Positions 24,528 through 37,770 are shown, counted from the whole stretch's first letter. The stretch: 47,844 bases of DNA, filler included, from Sphacelaria rigidula (GCA_964200075.2; 2 parts of 2 records of this genome joined end to end with filler, not necessarily neighbours in it); one strand, 5' to 3'. Program-made: numbers and translations. Notes: a model not told the origin generated them from the sequence alone.

Positions 24528-24683
24528 AGAGCCACTGTAGAAAGTGTCGTCATCAGATGGAACTAGTGTCGCAGCAGCCTTTATTTTCTTCGTGGAAATT
24601 CCATGCTTCGTAGTCTATGACTGCTTGCCTTAAAAATCCAGGCTGTTGCTCCTTGCCCAAAATGGTAAACGTGAACTCTGCAG

Positions 24684-27600
24684 GCGCTACTTCTGCGATT
24701 GAACGATGAAATCGACGCTGACGCGCGCGCCCTGATCTCCGACACGGAACGGTACTTAAGAGACCCGCCACCGGTCCCACCCCCGCCGCTCACGTCGAAA
24801 AACCCCGCTAGCAAATCCAGCTCCATCCCTAGGACTTCTCGAAGGCCAGCATCATCATCAAAGGCCACAACAACAGCCACGACAACAGTCGTGAAGAATG
24901 AATCAAGTAGATCCCCCAGTGTGTGGCCAATAGGAGACGAGCTCAACCGCCGCAGAATTTCGAGTGCCACTCGAAACTTTACACGAGGTGCGGCAGGTGG
25001 AGATTGTGCAGATTTAGGAGAAGGGAGAAGAGCACGGGCTGCTGAGGGACGGCAGGCGGAAGCTGGGGGAGCAACAAACGGAAACAACGCGGCTATCGCC
25101 GGCGTGCGCTTGGGCCTGTCACATGGAGGAGGTGAGATTGAACTGTACAGGGCTGTTTCGGGGCGTGGTTAGGTTTGGTGTCGGGGGGCTTGACCACCAA
25201 GGTTTGTCAGATGCGCTGGTTATAGTTATTTGTATTGCCGTTTACTTGCCATCTCGTTCCCACTCCGGAGACCAATCCAACCACATGTTTTTCAATTGCA
25301 CTGAGCTAGCTGCCTACATGTGCACGTCCCGTAACCCTAGAACGATGGCATACGATGGCGATGCCTCGTGAAACCAGCTGCTTTCCCATGTCGGTCTAGC
25401 TGCACACGTCGCTCTTTCATGGTAAAGGCTCTATCAACACGTCGCGTGATGTCTCTCGTGATTGGGTGATTAGCACCAGCGACTTCCATCTAAATATTGT
25501 AAACGCCTCTCTCTGAAATCGACCTTGGTGTATAGGGGACAAACGTCAACCGGCTGAGGCAACGGCGGCGCCACGAACGGGATCATCGCCCCTGTTTCGC
25601 CTCTCGGAGAGGGTACAAGATGCAGCAAGGGCCTCAGGGGATGCGAGTGGGAGAAAAGCGATCGGTTCGTCAATGCCTGCTGTGAATAGGGAACACTCGG
25701 TATGAATGGGGTGCCTGCGTTGGAACATGGTGGGGGGGGGGGTGCTCGTGATCATACATGTCATAGTCAAAAGACCCGGGGTGGGACGGGGGGGGGGTAT
25801 AGAGAATGCGAGTTGGAAACAACTCTTCTCCAAATGACCACGCCACTGAGACTGGTGTCCGAGGTACACCAGCAAAGCCTCGACGGCAACCACGAGAAGA
25901 GCACGCTCTCTACTACTACGTGAGCCCTCGAAAGATGGAGGCTAGTGACGTGTGCGTGCAAGTGGGTGAAATGCATGTGAGGTATTGATACGGCCCTTGG
26001 GTCGCAGGGCCGTATATAACGCCGACGGTGACAAGCACAACCACCAGTATACCCCTTGAAACATCGACAGTTTGGGTGTTCAGGTCGTGGGTGCGGCGGG
26101 CAGATGATCTTGGAAAAGTGTCTTGAGGAGAGGTTACGTTCAGGACTGGTAATATTTGTGAGCACCAGATATGCGAGTAGCGAAGAGTGCCGTGGTTGCG
26201 GTTGCTGCATGTCTTTTGGCGGCACTCTCTGAGCAGAGAAGGCACGAGGGCTGTCCAGAAGAGATAGAATGCAAAAGCAAAAACTGCATCCGGTGTACCT
26301 GTTAGATCTCTGGCCCATGTCCAGCAGGTACACTGCGGTAGGGTGGAAGATCCGTCTGTTGCACTTCGCCACATCAACCGATAATACAAAAATGTTCGAA
26401 GGGAATGGCGCGGGGGGGAAGGGGCGATTTGAGGCACGAGTACGATCTAAAATCCCGATTGATGTAGCCGAAAAATTCCGAGCAAAACGGTGTGTGTTGC
26501 GTGTGTTATGAAATTGCGCAAATGCACAACTATGGGCAAGATATATCCACGTGCGTCCTTCCTGGAGTGAAACTCTATCAGAACTACAGGTGTGACAAAC
26601 TTCAGCGATCGTGCGTATATGATACGGCAACCCGAAGCGTGCAAGTGTTGAAAAGCGACAGCAACATCAACTCTTCCACGCAACCCGCTATATTCTCAGC
26701 CCCTGCCACATCCTGCAGGATTAGTCCACAGTCTCGTGGAATCAACCCATCTCTCGGCGGCACACCCCCTACATGTTAGTATCTCGGATCTATCTCGGAT
26801 AGGATCAGCACTCCTAAACCGGGTCAACTCTCGTCCAATATCTGTCAATTCGCTGTTCGTTTCGGAAATCAGACTGGGATTCGACCCCGCAATATCCCAC
26901 CCCACCTGGTTCCAGGTGTACCAGTTAGATCCTTGGGACGCGGTGGCGCGCTTTGTCTTTATGTCCATTAGACGGTCGGCAGATACAGTCATCCTCATGT
27001 TGCGTTTTCGGTTTAAACGATCCAGCAGGGAATTGCCCGGAAACATCAAACACCACAAGGAGAGTCGATTGCTGGCACCGAGAAGCCGCTTTCAAGTGAG
27101 AGCGAAACAGGCCACAATCTAGAACAGCGGGAAGAGGAAGAGAGTGAAGACGTTGAAAACGGCTTCACTCCGTCAGGCATCGGAGAAGAGGCCACAAGCA
27201 GGTAGATAGCAGGTGGATTGGGGTGTACAAAACGCACACTTACGCTGCTTTTGTTAATTTTATAGCCCGATGGGTGTCATGCGCATGTTGTTACTTCTGT
27301 TTTAGATCGAAACGCGAAGGGTGGAGTGTTTGGCTGTGCTGGCTGTGTTGCAACTACCACTAAACGTAGGAAGGACTGTAGAAGCGGTCAAGGGTAAAAA
27401 GTGTTCTTCTGTCTCAAATACAAACGGCAATCCCTTTGTTGCCGTTTTATTCGTTCAACTGATAAAAGTGACTCGTCTGCCATTGACTGCCTTGGAGAAA
27501 ATGGGGTAGAGACGGTGGAGAAACGTCTAGAACCTGTCAGTGAGGTCAGTGGGGCACACGGCCTAGTTGAGCATTCCCAATGAAGATATCCCTTCACATG

Positions 27601-30600
27601 TACTGAGATGGGAGTGTTCGGATTTCTTCGTACGTCATCTGAGAGCTTGAAGATTTGTTTATGGGGGTTCACAGCGACCCGGATTTGGGATACATGCGAC
27701 CTAGCACACAGGTTCATAGTCCAAGCTATGAAAATACAGAATTGCTGATGCCATCTAGTGCAGGAGGCGTCTTTTTCTGCCATGAACCGGAACACGCCCG
27801 TTTAGCCTGCTTAGCACACGGTGTCGTTTTCCACATCATGAAGCTGACCCGTCTAGGGTAGAGGGCGACACCCCGAGCTGTGAAGACCAGATAAATACTT
27901 GTACTGGTACCGCGAGTCGTTTTTTGAAAGGTGACCCCAAACACACGTTGATTCCGTGTAGCACGCAGAAGTATTAAGTTATGTCATGACGATCAGCACT
28001 TGCTGACGCCTTCTATATTTCACCTATTAATGGAGTTATTCTTGGAGTTACGAAACCAAGGGGTGCTTGTGTCGAAACAACCGGCGCACATATTCGTAGG
28101 TTCTTGAAAGCGAAGCTGTCAGCATGCCAAGCCCAACTGGACAAAGCTCTAGCGGCGAATCAAAGCTCCCAACTCGAGGCGACGGAGTTGCGGAAGAAGG
28201 TACCGTATGATGCGCCTGGTGGTCGCGATCCCCACAGTAGTAATCGATCAAGATTGGGAATTATGCCGCAGTCACACGTTAACCGGTCAATATTTGAACG
28301 TGGTCGGCGTTGAGCGGAAACGCGTCCATTTTATGTCCGCCATCGTAAGCTTCCATTCTGCCAAGTCTTTGATTATCTTGGGTGGTGCAGCAGGGAAGGA
28401 GTTGACGTACTTGCGGAGGATCTATCACGTAAAGTTAACCCTCGCTAAAGGTTACCCTCGCGACGGCAGATATGAAGAGGTTACTGCATGAACGTAATGG
28501 ATCGCGGTGTTGTTGTGACGGCGACAGATTTAGGCTGAGGAAGCAAGTTTAGAGTACCTCTATCCCCGAAACGATAGGTCGACGCGTGCGGCCGACCAAG
28601 TGAAAAAGTCGAAACTGGACTGGAAGTACAGCACGTGATAACCACTCTTGAGGTTTCGTTGACGGCCGTGCTAACTCATGTATTCGGCTGAAGGGTACAT
28701 CGCCCTCCTGAAGGCTCTGACTTTAAGCACCCAAATTTTCGTGTTAATCAATGACGATCCATACTGGTGATTGCCTCCATTTTCTCTTCACGGGGAAATA
28801 CAGGTGGCCTCGGAGTTGGAGCACTCGCGGCGATTGTCGCGACAAATACAGCAGTTACAGCAAACGCAGGAGAAGGACGGCAAAGTCAAGGTGAGCGCAA
28901 AGCCCGCGGCGTACAAAGGTTGGCTTTCCTTCAGCAATACTGTACCGTCAGGCATCCTAGAAAGACAAACCGCGTCGTTAAAGTGACTAACAGTTGTGCC
29001 CCATGTATTCATGTGTTTATGGCAAGAGATCGAAGTAGAACCCGCTATGTCGCGCGGTACAATAGTCAACGCTTGGATGCCAGATTAACTAGACTGGGAT
29101 TTTTCCTGCAAACGTTTGGCCGTCTTGACTCGAAAGTCCGAGAATCGGTGGGCGTTGGCAACAGAAGCTGGTCGTTCACAGAACTCTTTCCCCCCCCTTT
29201 TTGTTGTTGGGGCGATATGGGCTTAACAACTATTCTTAGGGGGTCTTATTGAGCGTACTTGGTGAAACAACACGCCGTTCGGCCTGTAGCGCAACAAAAA
29301 GCCAAAAACGATGAAAAAAGATACCAGGTATATATAGTCATAGAACTCTTCATCATTAGGCTACTTCTTATGTATTAAAAAATGAAATTTGTTGAAAAGT
29401 GCATTTTTGGCCCTTCTCTGTCGTTTTTCCCCCGAAAAGAGGGCTAGGCGGATGCTGACACCTTGGAATGACTTGTTCTACTCGCCGAGGCCGTTCCAGA
29501 GCACGTTTCCGTTTTCCGTAGGTCACGGTTTCGTTTTCGGTCGAAGTTTCATTTTCAGTAACGAACAGTCAAGTTAACAAAAAACGTGAGTTTTCACCCT
29601 GTTTTTTTATAACTTGGCCGTTTGTTATTGAAAATGCAATTTTGGCCAAGAACGAAAGTGTGACCTACGGGAAACGCAAAGGTGCTCTGGAACCGTGTCA
29701 GCGAGTAGAGCAAGTCATTCCAAGGTGTCAACATCCGCCTAGCGGGGGGAAAACGACGGAGAAGGGCCAAAAATGCACTTCCTAACAATATTCATTTTTT
29801 GACAGATAAGAAGTAGCCTTACGATCAGGACAGGGTCGATCAAGCCAAAATGTCGAGGACCCAGAACCTGGAGCCGTGTACTCGTAGGTCCCCGATGACC
29901 GGTTAGCCCGTGAGTTCTTAGACATTGATCATCCGTCGCGCTGTCTCAAGCGTTCTGTTGCGGTCAGGTATTCTCCCCAATCGAACGTCCACCTCTCTTG
30001 TTGTTTACGGTGCTTTTGAGTCGTCAACGAATCACGTTGCTTTCATCAGAGACTCGGTGCGAACATTGCGTCACGCGCCGAGAAGATGCCAAAGGGTGAT
30101 TTCAATATCTAGGTCGCGGTAGTTTTTACGGTGCTCATGTCATCATGAACCTATCATTTCGCCGCCGCCTCTGTCCTCTGACCAACAAGGAAGCGGAGGC
30201 GGCAAGCGGTGCTGCCTTGACTTCGAGAGTACTGGAGCTGGAACGAGAGCTTGGCGCTGCGAAACGAACGATTAGGCAAGCGGATACATCGAAAAAGGTA
30301 CTGTGTGTATATCACAACGAAAGGGGCACAGCGGGTTCACGGCAACAAAATGTATACTGTAGTGGTTACGTTGCAACGAAAGGGGTACAGGGGGTACATT
30401 ACGACGAAAACGTTGGAGCGGGTATATCGCAAGGAAAAGGGTACATTTTTGTATATTACCACGAAACGGGTGTAGTGAGTAAGTACACTGCAACAACGGA
30501 AATGTAATGGATATTACATGACGAGAACAGGGTGGTGGGTACATGACAATAAAAGCTTACGTTGGGCAACTTCACACATGTAATTTATTACAGCTGAATG

Positions 30601-33600
30601 TCCTGTAAAAAAGTGCACCCAAAACAGATGAGCTTAATGTCGTACCCTGCACAGCAGTTTTCCTATACGGAAGGGCCCTTGCTATGGTATGCGGGGGGAC
30701 TTGCCTCGATGAGGTACAGTAACCTCTCGGGCATACATGACTAGGATTGGAAGCAACATTCGGACATGATTCTTTGATTGGGCCGTTGAGGGACGCGAGG
30801 TTCTTGGAAAGATCCAGACGAATGTTCCGAATTGTTGACAGCGGTTGATGAGGGATTTATGATGTTGCATGGTTGAGTGGGCCTGTCGGCATATTGTATG
30901 TTATGTGCATAACGGACAGTATTGCCAGAATGCTCCTTGGACTGGGATCGACGATACGATTCACGAAGTATTAGCTGTTACAGACGGACTGTTGCTTGTA
31001 TGGGCCAGCAACGTCTCGTTCTTGTATCATTACTACGCGCGAATATAATTCTTGGCGTAGGGTGGTATCGAGTGACCCAATCCTTCTCGTGGTCATTCGC
31101 CTTGGTTACCTGGACACAATCAGCTTTGGTCTGCCCTCGCTCTGAGTTCCAAGTGAGTCCTACTGGTGAGCCGTAGGTGTGGGGACTATTGGCTTCTGGT
31201 TAGTGACTATAATACAAGTGAATATCTCATTTCTGTGCACGTCTTGAATTGAATTTCCCAACAGCGATTTGGATTTAGGCAGACTGTTTGTTACACAGCT
31301 TTGCCTGCAGCGGATACACACGACTCGAGCCTCTCTTCGTGAGAACATACAGGGCAAGAGTGTTCTGTGGCTTCCTTCCTCAGGGGGTACCACACCCAAT
31401 TACACCAGGCCCTTCACAGTTAGCTGATACCCGTTGAAGGATAATCAAAAACACAGCGCATTTATCCCGGCCACCAATACCTGATGCTCGGCTCCTGATA
31501 CGTTGTCACCTAACTTAATATCTGTAGCAACCGAACACGCGCTCACCTAGACGGCGTAGTCCCTTGTACTGCCGTACACACTGCGACGGAAAATCTAATG
31601 CTCATACAGGCCCGTCAGTGTTCTGACGCATAGCTTAAACACTTCAGAGTATCTAACGCAGCTCCCCATCCTCTCCCAATGTAAATTTTCAACTTCTCCA
31701 CCGACACCTCTTGTTCATTTCTCGTCATAGTTTAATGCTACCTTTTCAGCAGAGCATGTAATGTGAAGCTATCCCCGTTAACATGTCTACAACAGAGTAC
31801 AATGCCTCTACTGAGAAGCGTGTCACTGTAAACCCCCTCAAAATAGCGTATATGCTGATACCGTATCCCCCGTGAAAAGACTTGCCTACAACCCCCCTTT
31901 CCCCATGAAAACAGTTCCCCCGGAATAGCGTACCCGGTTGATCTTGATCGATGTATGTGGTGCGCTTTTCTCCGGCGCAGTCGTTGGAGGTACGCCTTCA
32001 CCGTGCTTTGGAGGAGGTTTCCAAGCACAAGGAAACTACAAGACAGGCGAGGGGACAGAACAAGGAACTGAGCCAAGGGCAGCGATTGGAGGTGGCGCGA
32101 CTGGAAACACAGTGTCGACGCTTGGAGCGACAAAAGGTGAGAGACGTAGGGTTTCGATTCACCCCCTCTTCTTGTCTTTTTGCTTTCCTTGTTTTGTTCA
32201 TTCCATTCCGTCCCTTGCAACAAACAACTCATGACCTGGGAGCCGTTCGAACGCTGGGACTGTGCTGTACGGAAGGAATCGGTACTTGGCTGATTCGGTT
32301 GCCTGACTGATTCACTTAGCTGATGGAGCCATTGATTTGTTTATTGTCACCCGTTAACATTGGCTGGTGTGATATGCTATGATTCCAGCCGCGGTCACGA
32401 TGTGACGGACGTACCCCAGGGTAAATTGACGGAAACAGTCGCTGACGGAACCTCGACTGAAGGGACAACATGAGCAATTAAAGGGAAAACATGCACACTA
32501 ACCTAAGCGGCACAGTGTAGATGCCAAGCTAAGTGCGTACCACATATAATCACACAGTGGGTGGGCACAACACTCCTGCTTCGCTCGTCAGCGTCGGAAT
32601 ACATCGGTGCGGCTGTTCAGCTTCCTCTGGCCCCATGATAACGCAGATTCAACTACCTTGATTCTTTTTGTTTTCACTTCTTACTCCCTCCCTTCCTTGG
32701 GACGAGTCCGTGACCTCGGGGGATCAATCCATCTCTCCCCCGGTACACGCCTCATATCACATTACATGTTGGTACCGCGGGCTGGATCATGACTATCACC
32801 GCTCCCGCATCGCATCGACCATCATCTAACAAAGTCAATCGCACGGAGTCTTTTTGCTAGTCAATCAAACGGACTCTTTTCAATAACGACGGTAATCAGG
32901 TACTGTACTATACTTTTGGGCAAAAATCCGAGCTGTGATAGATGAGTAGATACATCTCTGGTGGGGGTCGCACTGGCGTTTTTCCCCATCAAATATTGTC
33001 AATGTACTGTTATTATTCATAGTAGACCACCAGGGCGCGGCGAACGTTTGACGAAAAAAAAGAAGTTGACGTGTTTGCTCCGACCCATTTCGAGTCCAAT
33101 ACCACGCCCATCACCGGTCTTGAGGTTTGACCACGTTTGGCATTTTGCCGTGTTGAGTTTTGAGTAGCTCCTGTCCGCTTTTGGTCTAAATTACAAGCTG
33201 CGAGTGAATATTGCCGATCGTAAGATTTTCAATCCCCCTTGGTCTAAATCAATAATCCCGAAACTAAAAACCCAAATGATGATCCCGTTCTATTATTACG
33301 GAGAAGAGAGTTAGGCGTGAGACCAACCATACTTGCCTGAGTTTAAAAAAAAAAATTATGTTTTGCTCGTCAGTATCCGCGTGTCCAATTCATACTTCTC
33401 TGATGACATGTGTTCTTTCTATACGCCTTCAAAACTACCGTCACTGGCATGGCACTCACGTACCTTTTGCCCTGTGGGCTCCGACCGTAACCCAGGTGTC
33501 CGTACTATTTTGACTTGCTGACTACGTGCGAAATAAAGGTATTTTTGCTGTGGCAGGCGTCGTACTCGAAAGGTTGTGTTCTGTGGGGCATACGGGCTAA

Positions 33601-36600
33601 CAATTGGGTGCTTGGAGCAGTACAGAAGGGATATTTTATCAAGAATGCTCGGCCGAATCTTACCGGATTGTCCGGAACAGGGCTCGATACTCTGCCGAAC
33701 CATACCGGAATGTTCGATGTATATTCCGGTACGGTCTGGGTTGCCAACAAAGAATCCCCAACTCCTGGGCGTACCCTTCAGAACATAACCACGGTAAACC
33801 TTCCTTGAAAACGGGATTTTACAAATTAATTGGGGATGGATTTTTCATTGGGGATGAGAACCCGCAGAAATAAAATCCTCGTATCCACACTAAATTTTCG
33901 AGAATGGTTCCACTTCTTCACGTGCTGGTCGCTATTGACAACTACTACACGCCATGCAAATTTGGATTTCGATAACCCAAATGTTGGGGTCCTACATGAA
34001 AAATATATATTTTGGGGTCCGATCGGATCACTTGAATTCCCCCCCAAAAGAGTCATCTAGGACCTCAACATTTCGGTCATCGAAATCCAAATGCGTATGG
34101 CGTGTAGTAGTTGTCAATAGCCACCAGCAAGTGAAAAAAATAGAGCCATATTTCGAAGATTTGATGTGGATACGAAGATTTTAATTCTCCGGCTTCTCAT
34201 CCCCCATGAAAGATCCATCCCCAATTCGTAAAATGACGTCTTTTGGGCCCAGCGAATCAATCACAGCAGGAGCGTCACGCTATAACAAGTTTGTGTTAAG
34301 GTGAACTCGGCAGCAGCTTGACAGGTAGTAGTAGGAGATGTGGGAGAACAGGCGTCCATGTTTCGATGCGAGCATCCTCTTTTGGAGTGATTAGATTGTG
34401 CATGGCGGCCAGCTGCCAGAACGCGCGAGACACAGGAAAAGTATTCAAGTGAAGAGTCTTGAACGTTCCATTCGGTGCTCGCTCGTTCTCTCCGGTTTGC
34501 TTGCTTCTCACCCTGCAGTTGGAGTTGCTCTCTGCTTTCAAGAAGCAGCTCAAGCTCATCGATGTCCTCAAGAGACAGAAGGTGTGCACCACCTTCCTAC
34601 TGGGTACTGTACCAAGTAGGATCGAGCATACACTACTTAGATATCACTTCAATTCCATGTTCCCGTATGATGCGGTGTACCGCTGGCGCTACACGAGTAC
34701 GCAGCGGTCCGCCGTTGAGGGACAAGCTGTGCTCCCAGGTCCAAACCACAATTTTTCAGAGTGTCGCCCAAGATGAAAAATATAGTACGTCGAGCATATA
34801 GAAAGGACTGGCACAGGTTGGTTCACGCTCATCACCTAGAATCCACTCATCCGCAAATGTTCACACCGATTGTTGGTGTTAGGCTTAGAAAGTTTGCATA
34901 TATATAAGCTATGGAACACCATGAAACTCTCAGTTAATGGGATCGTTCGACTTTGTTTTTCGACACTTATCGGGGGTCCCAAAAGGGCATTTGGAGACCC
35001 CTGGGACCCTGAGACCCCGAATTAAAAAGCGCAGTCAAAATAACTCGTTCATACAAAGTCTTCTCATGTCCCATAGTGCATTTGTGCACAATTCCAGAGC
35101 GTGACTTCAAAAATCGGCGTGAATGTTTGCGCTCTTGTGCGGTGAGGTGAGCTTAAAGCGAGCGAACTCCTAACGACGTGGTTTTGGTATCAAAGCGTCT
35201 TTATTGGGCGTGTTTAACGTATGCGAGAAACACTCCATAATGTCGAGTTTCGCAATCAAACTTCGCACGTATGTTTCTTGGACTACCCTGGAACCCACAA
35301 ACTCTATTGTTTTGTGTTTCGAGGCATGCTGTACCGGCTTCCGGGGGTCCCGGCATGAAGGCCCGCGGAAGTCGGTAAAGAGCGGAGGAACTTTGGAACA
35401 TTTTCCCGCAGTAGATTTTTTTTTATATTTGGAGCACCAACTTCTGCCGAACTTCCAAGTTTGGGGGCGGTCGAAGCTTATGTACAACAGATAGAAGGGA
35501 AGTCGTCCGGAGCCTTCGTTGGGAAATTTTGTTGCCCACCATCACTCTAAATCTGACGACGCCGAGACCCCGCATCACCGAAACGCCACGGTTTCAGGTA
35601 CAAGTCGATCCCATAGCGACCGTTTCCAAATATATATACATATATATATATATATATCTCCGTTAGACTCTCGAGCTGGTGGCGGTTACTACGATTCGGA
35701 TCATGTGCAGATTGGATGGAAAGTGGGTTCAGGAATTGTATTTTCAATTCCAGAATAATTTGAAGGGGCTGATTGGTCATGAACCAAAATCAGAATATTT
35801 TTCGCCCTTAGCACCACCGCGATGGACATGAACAAAATCCGGCTATGTCACCTTCTTCGTGAGTTCAATGTCGTCGATATAATCCATTTATGCGACTTTA
35901 GAGTAGGCATCGTGGAGGGCATTTGCTATGACACAATTTGGGGTGATGAGCGCGAACCAGCCTGTGCAGCGTAGGGCCATGAGTTCAGCCCGAAGCTTAC
36001 GACCTCTCTCATACCTACGAAGGTGGTGACACACAATAAAAATAATAAGAATACATCTTGAGTCCTGTTCTCACTTGTCTTGCTCGAGCTGGGCAAGGTT
36101 TGGGCTTTGCTATTATGGGCGTGCGACCGCCATTTACCGTCCTTTAATCCTGATCTCCTAAATCGACCGCTTCGTTAACTAAGCTCGTACACCCAGTCAC
36201 CCGAAAAGTCCAGCCCTAATTTCTTGTTGGCGTCTTCACGAGGTCGGTAAGCACCCTGTGTGGGCACCCCTCGCTTGTTTGTTTTGTTTGACGGTGCTGG
36301 AATATTTGCAGACCTCGCCCACCGTCAATAATCAGGTAAGCATGTGCCACGAGGCATGATGTTGCGCCAAAAAAAGACAGTCATTTCAAGAGAAGGGGTC
36401 TCAGATCAATCCCTGATCAACGTAGTGGGAAATGATACACTTCGGCGTCTCAATGATTTGGCGTTGAGCTTCAGCCCAACTTCGTGTTCTTCAGCTACAG
36501 AGTTTACACGGTAGTATCGTGTATATCGTGGCCAAACTATCATGCCATAACCCGCAGGACTTGACCTCCCCCCCAACCCCCCCCGTCCCCGATCTGCTCG

Positions 36601-36706
36601 TTCCGTGTTCCGTGCTGTTTGTCACCGCTAGTTTCACGTGGAAGCAGCACGACTACTAGCCTTCACAGAAGAGGAGTTCGTCAAAACTCTCGACTGGGCG
36701 TCATGA
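24684..36706 (+). CDS. TEX9: TEX9-like (testis-expressed 9 family) coiled-coil protein, multi-exon; first exon unresolved
   Basis: Exons: 24684-25131 (ALLLRLNDEIDADARALI...), 25536-25699, 27029-27201 (...GIGEEATSR), 28100-28199 (FLKAKL...), 28804-28890, 30190-30297, 31981-32136 (SLEVRLHRALEEV...LERQK), 34519-34581 (LELLSAFKKQLKLIDVLKRQK), 36632-36706 (FHVEAARLLAFTEEEFVKTLDWAS*). The motifs RFLKAKL, FKKQLKLIDVLKRQK and HxEAAxxLxFTEEEF...W match TEX9 as I recall the family. Confidence 0.88.
25733..25798 (+). repeat. Short diverged G-run element copy
   Basis: (G)10-TGCTCGTGATCATACATGTCATAGTCAAAAGACC then a G-rich end. Confidence 0.7.
26720..26942 (-). mobile_element. tRNA-headed SINE family 2-related copy
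   Basis: Minus strand has A-box-like GGATCTAACTGG, B-box-like GGGTCGAATCCC and the shared core GAGAGATGGGTTGATTCCACGAGAC. Confidence 0.55.
29358..29819. mobile_element. Large foldback palindrome (MITE-like)
   Basis: Imperfect inverted arms of about 225 bp (AGGCTACTTCTTAT...ATAAGAAGTAGCCT) with only a very short spacer near 29590. Confidence 0.85.
30303..30565. repeat. Degenerate minisatellite, about 28-30-bp unit, about 9 copies
   Basis: Recurring GTA(C/T)ATTAC(A/G)ACGAAA...GGG-like units directly after the TEX9 donor at 30298. Confidence 0.6.
32700..32895 (-). mobile_element. SINE family 2 partial copy
   Basis: GGGATCAATCCATCTCTCCCCCGGTACACGCCT...CATGACTATCACCGCTCCCGCA matches the reverse complement of about 40900-40985. 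Confidence 0.7.
33810..34240. mobile_element. Large foldback palindrome (MITE-like)
   Basis: Imperfect inverted arms of about 200 bp, e.g. AATTGGGGATGGAT / ATCCATCCCCAATT and CTATTGACAACTACTACACGCCAT / ATGGCGTGTAGTAGTTGTCAATAG. Confidence 0.85.
34811..35967. mobile_element. Non-autonomous TIR DNA transposon, about 1.16 kb
   Basis: GCACAGGTTGGTTCACGCTCATCACC versus the reverse-complemented right end GCACAGGCTGGTTCGCGCTCATCACC; weaker inverted similarity continues inward; no clear TSD. Confidence 0.65.
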
Positions 36707-37479
36707 TCCACAGAATGACACCCTGAAGAATTCGGATCAGCACTTGAAGTTTATTCGGTGTTGGACTTGCTTTTTTTGGTCATACATGATGTATATACAC
36801 CGTGTTTGATGTTAGATTAGATTGGATTGGGTTATTCGATGCTTCCGATCCGTTGATATCGGTTGGTGCTGTCAAGCTTGTGTCTATCGAGGACTGTGAT
36901 ACCCCACGCATTTTGTGGAAAAAAATCTTCGCGTCGAAAACGGTTTCGCGACAAAAGCCGCAGGAGAATCCGTGTCTTCAAGTGTTGTAAAATGAGGGGG
37001 GCGGGAGAAAAAGAGGTTCACCGTCTGTGGCAGCAGACACCCGCCTCACCTGCTGCGTGTTGGCAAATTTCACGTCAACCCTCCATTTTGCATCTCATCT
37101 TTTCTCACCACTGGGCACATTCCGCGCGTATCATTAGTCATCTATCCTTGTACACTCGCTGTAAATAAACGCGGGTACGAGGACAAGCATCAACATGTAC
37201 TGCCATTGGCACCCATTTTGTTCGATCCAACTCCTCCAACAATCCAGGTGTACATGCATACACCTCCCACCAAGATTCTCCCGCATTCAGCGCATCGCAG
37301 CACATCAAACTCGTCGTTAGACCCACTGGCGATAAAGGCCGAATACGTACGCTCCAAGAAACGTCGACCACAAGTCTTCTGATTGTTCCGGCGGAGAGGA
37401 AGGATGGCATGCACACGTCGGTGTCCTTTTGCCCTACTGTACTCCTGGAGCGACCCTCCCCGGTCACCCGTAACGCCAT

Positions 37480-37770
37480 GACGCCTACAGCGCACATCAA
37501 TTCGACACCCATAACCCTACACTGCATTACACTGAAATGTTGAAAACGCCTTGGTTTGAGCAAGTCAAGGACATGGTCCACAATGCGGTCCCATTTCCCC
37601 GGTTAACGCCGAGCCAGCAAAGCGGTAGCGAGAGCGCCACCGGGTCAAGTCGATTCGTGATCGAGAACAAACGCGATCACCTCTTCCCTGCTGGTCTAAA
37701 AAACTACAAGTTGCGCGTGAACACGGACACCGACGGTATTATCTTTCACGACCACATCAAGCTGCTGTAA
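37480..37770 (+). mobile_element. Possible degenerate Ty1/copia reverse-transcriptase-start remnant
   Basis: Reading THNPTLHYTEMLKTPW...ATGSSRFVIENKRDHLF loosely resembles the copia PxTYxEAM...GSRWVFKxK region. Weak evidence. Confidence 0.25.

Noticed and set aside
25536-25615. Duplicated GGATNG exon with in-frame TGA (selenocysteine or frameshift)
   Set aside because: The phase-compatible frame (DKRQPAEA...NREHS) is open to the donor at 25699; the GGATNG echo in another frame is probably chance, and I saw no SECIS.
25767-26630. Longest ORF in the track (287 aa, minus)
   Set aside because: Antisense within a TEX9 intron, no recognisable motif, random-like composition.
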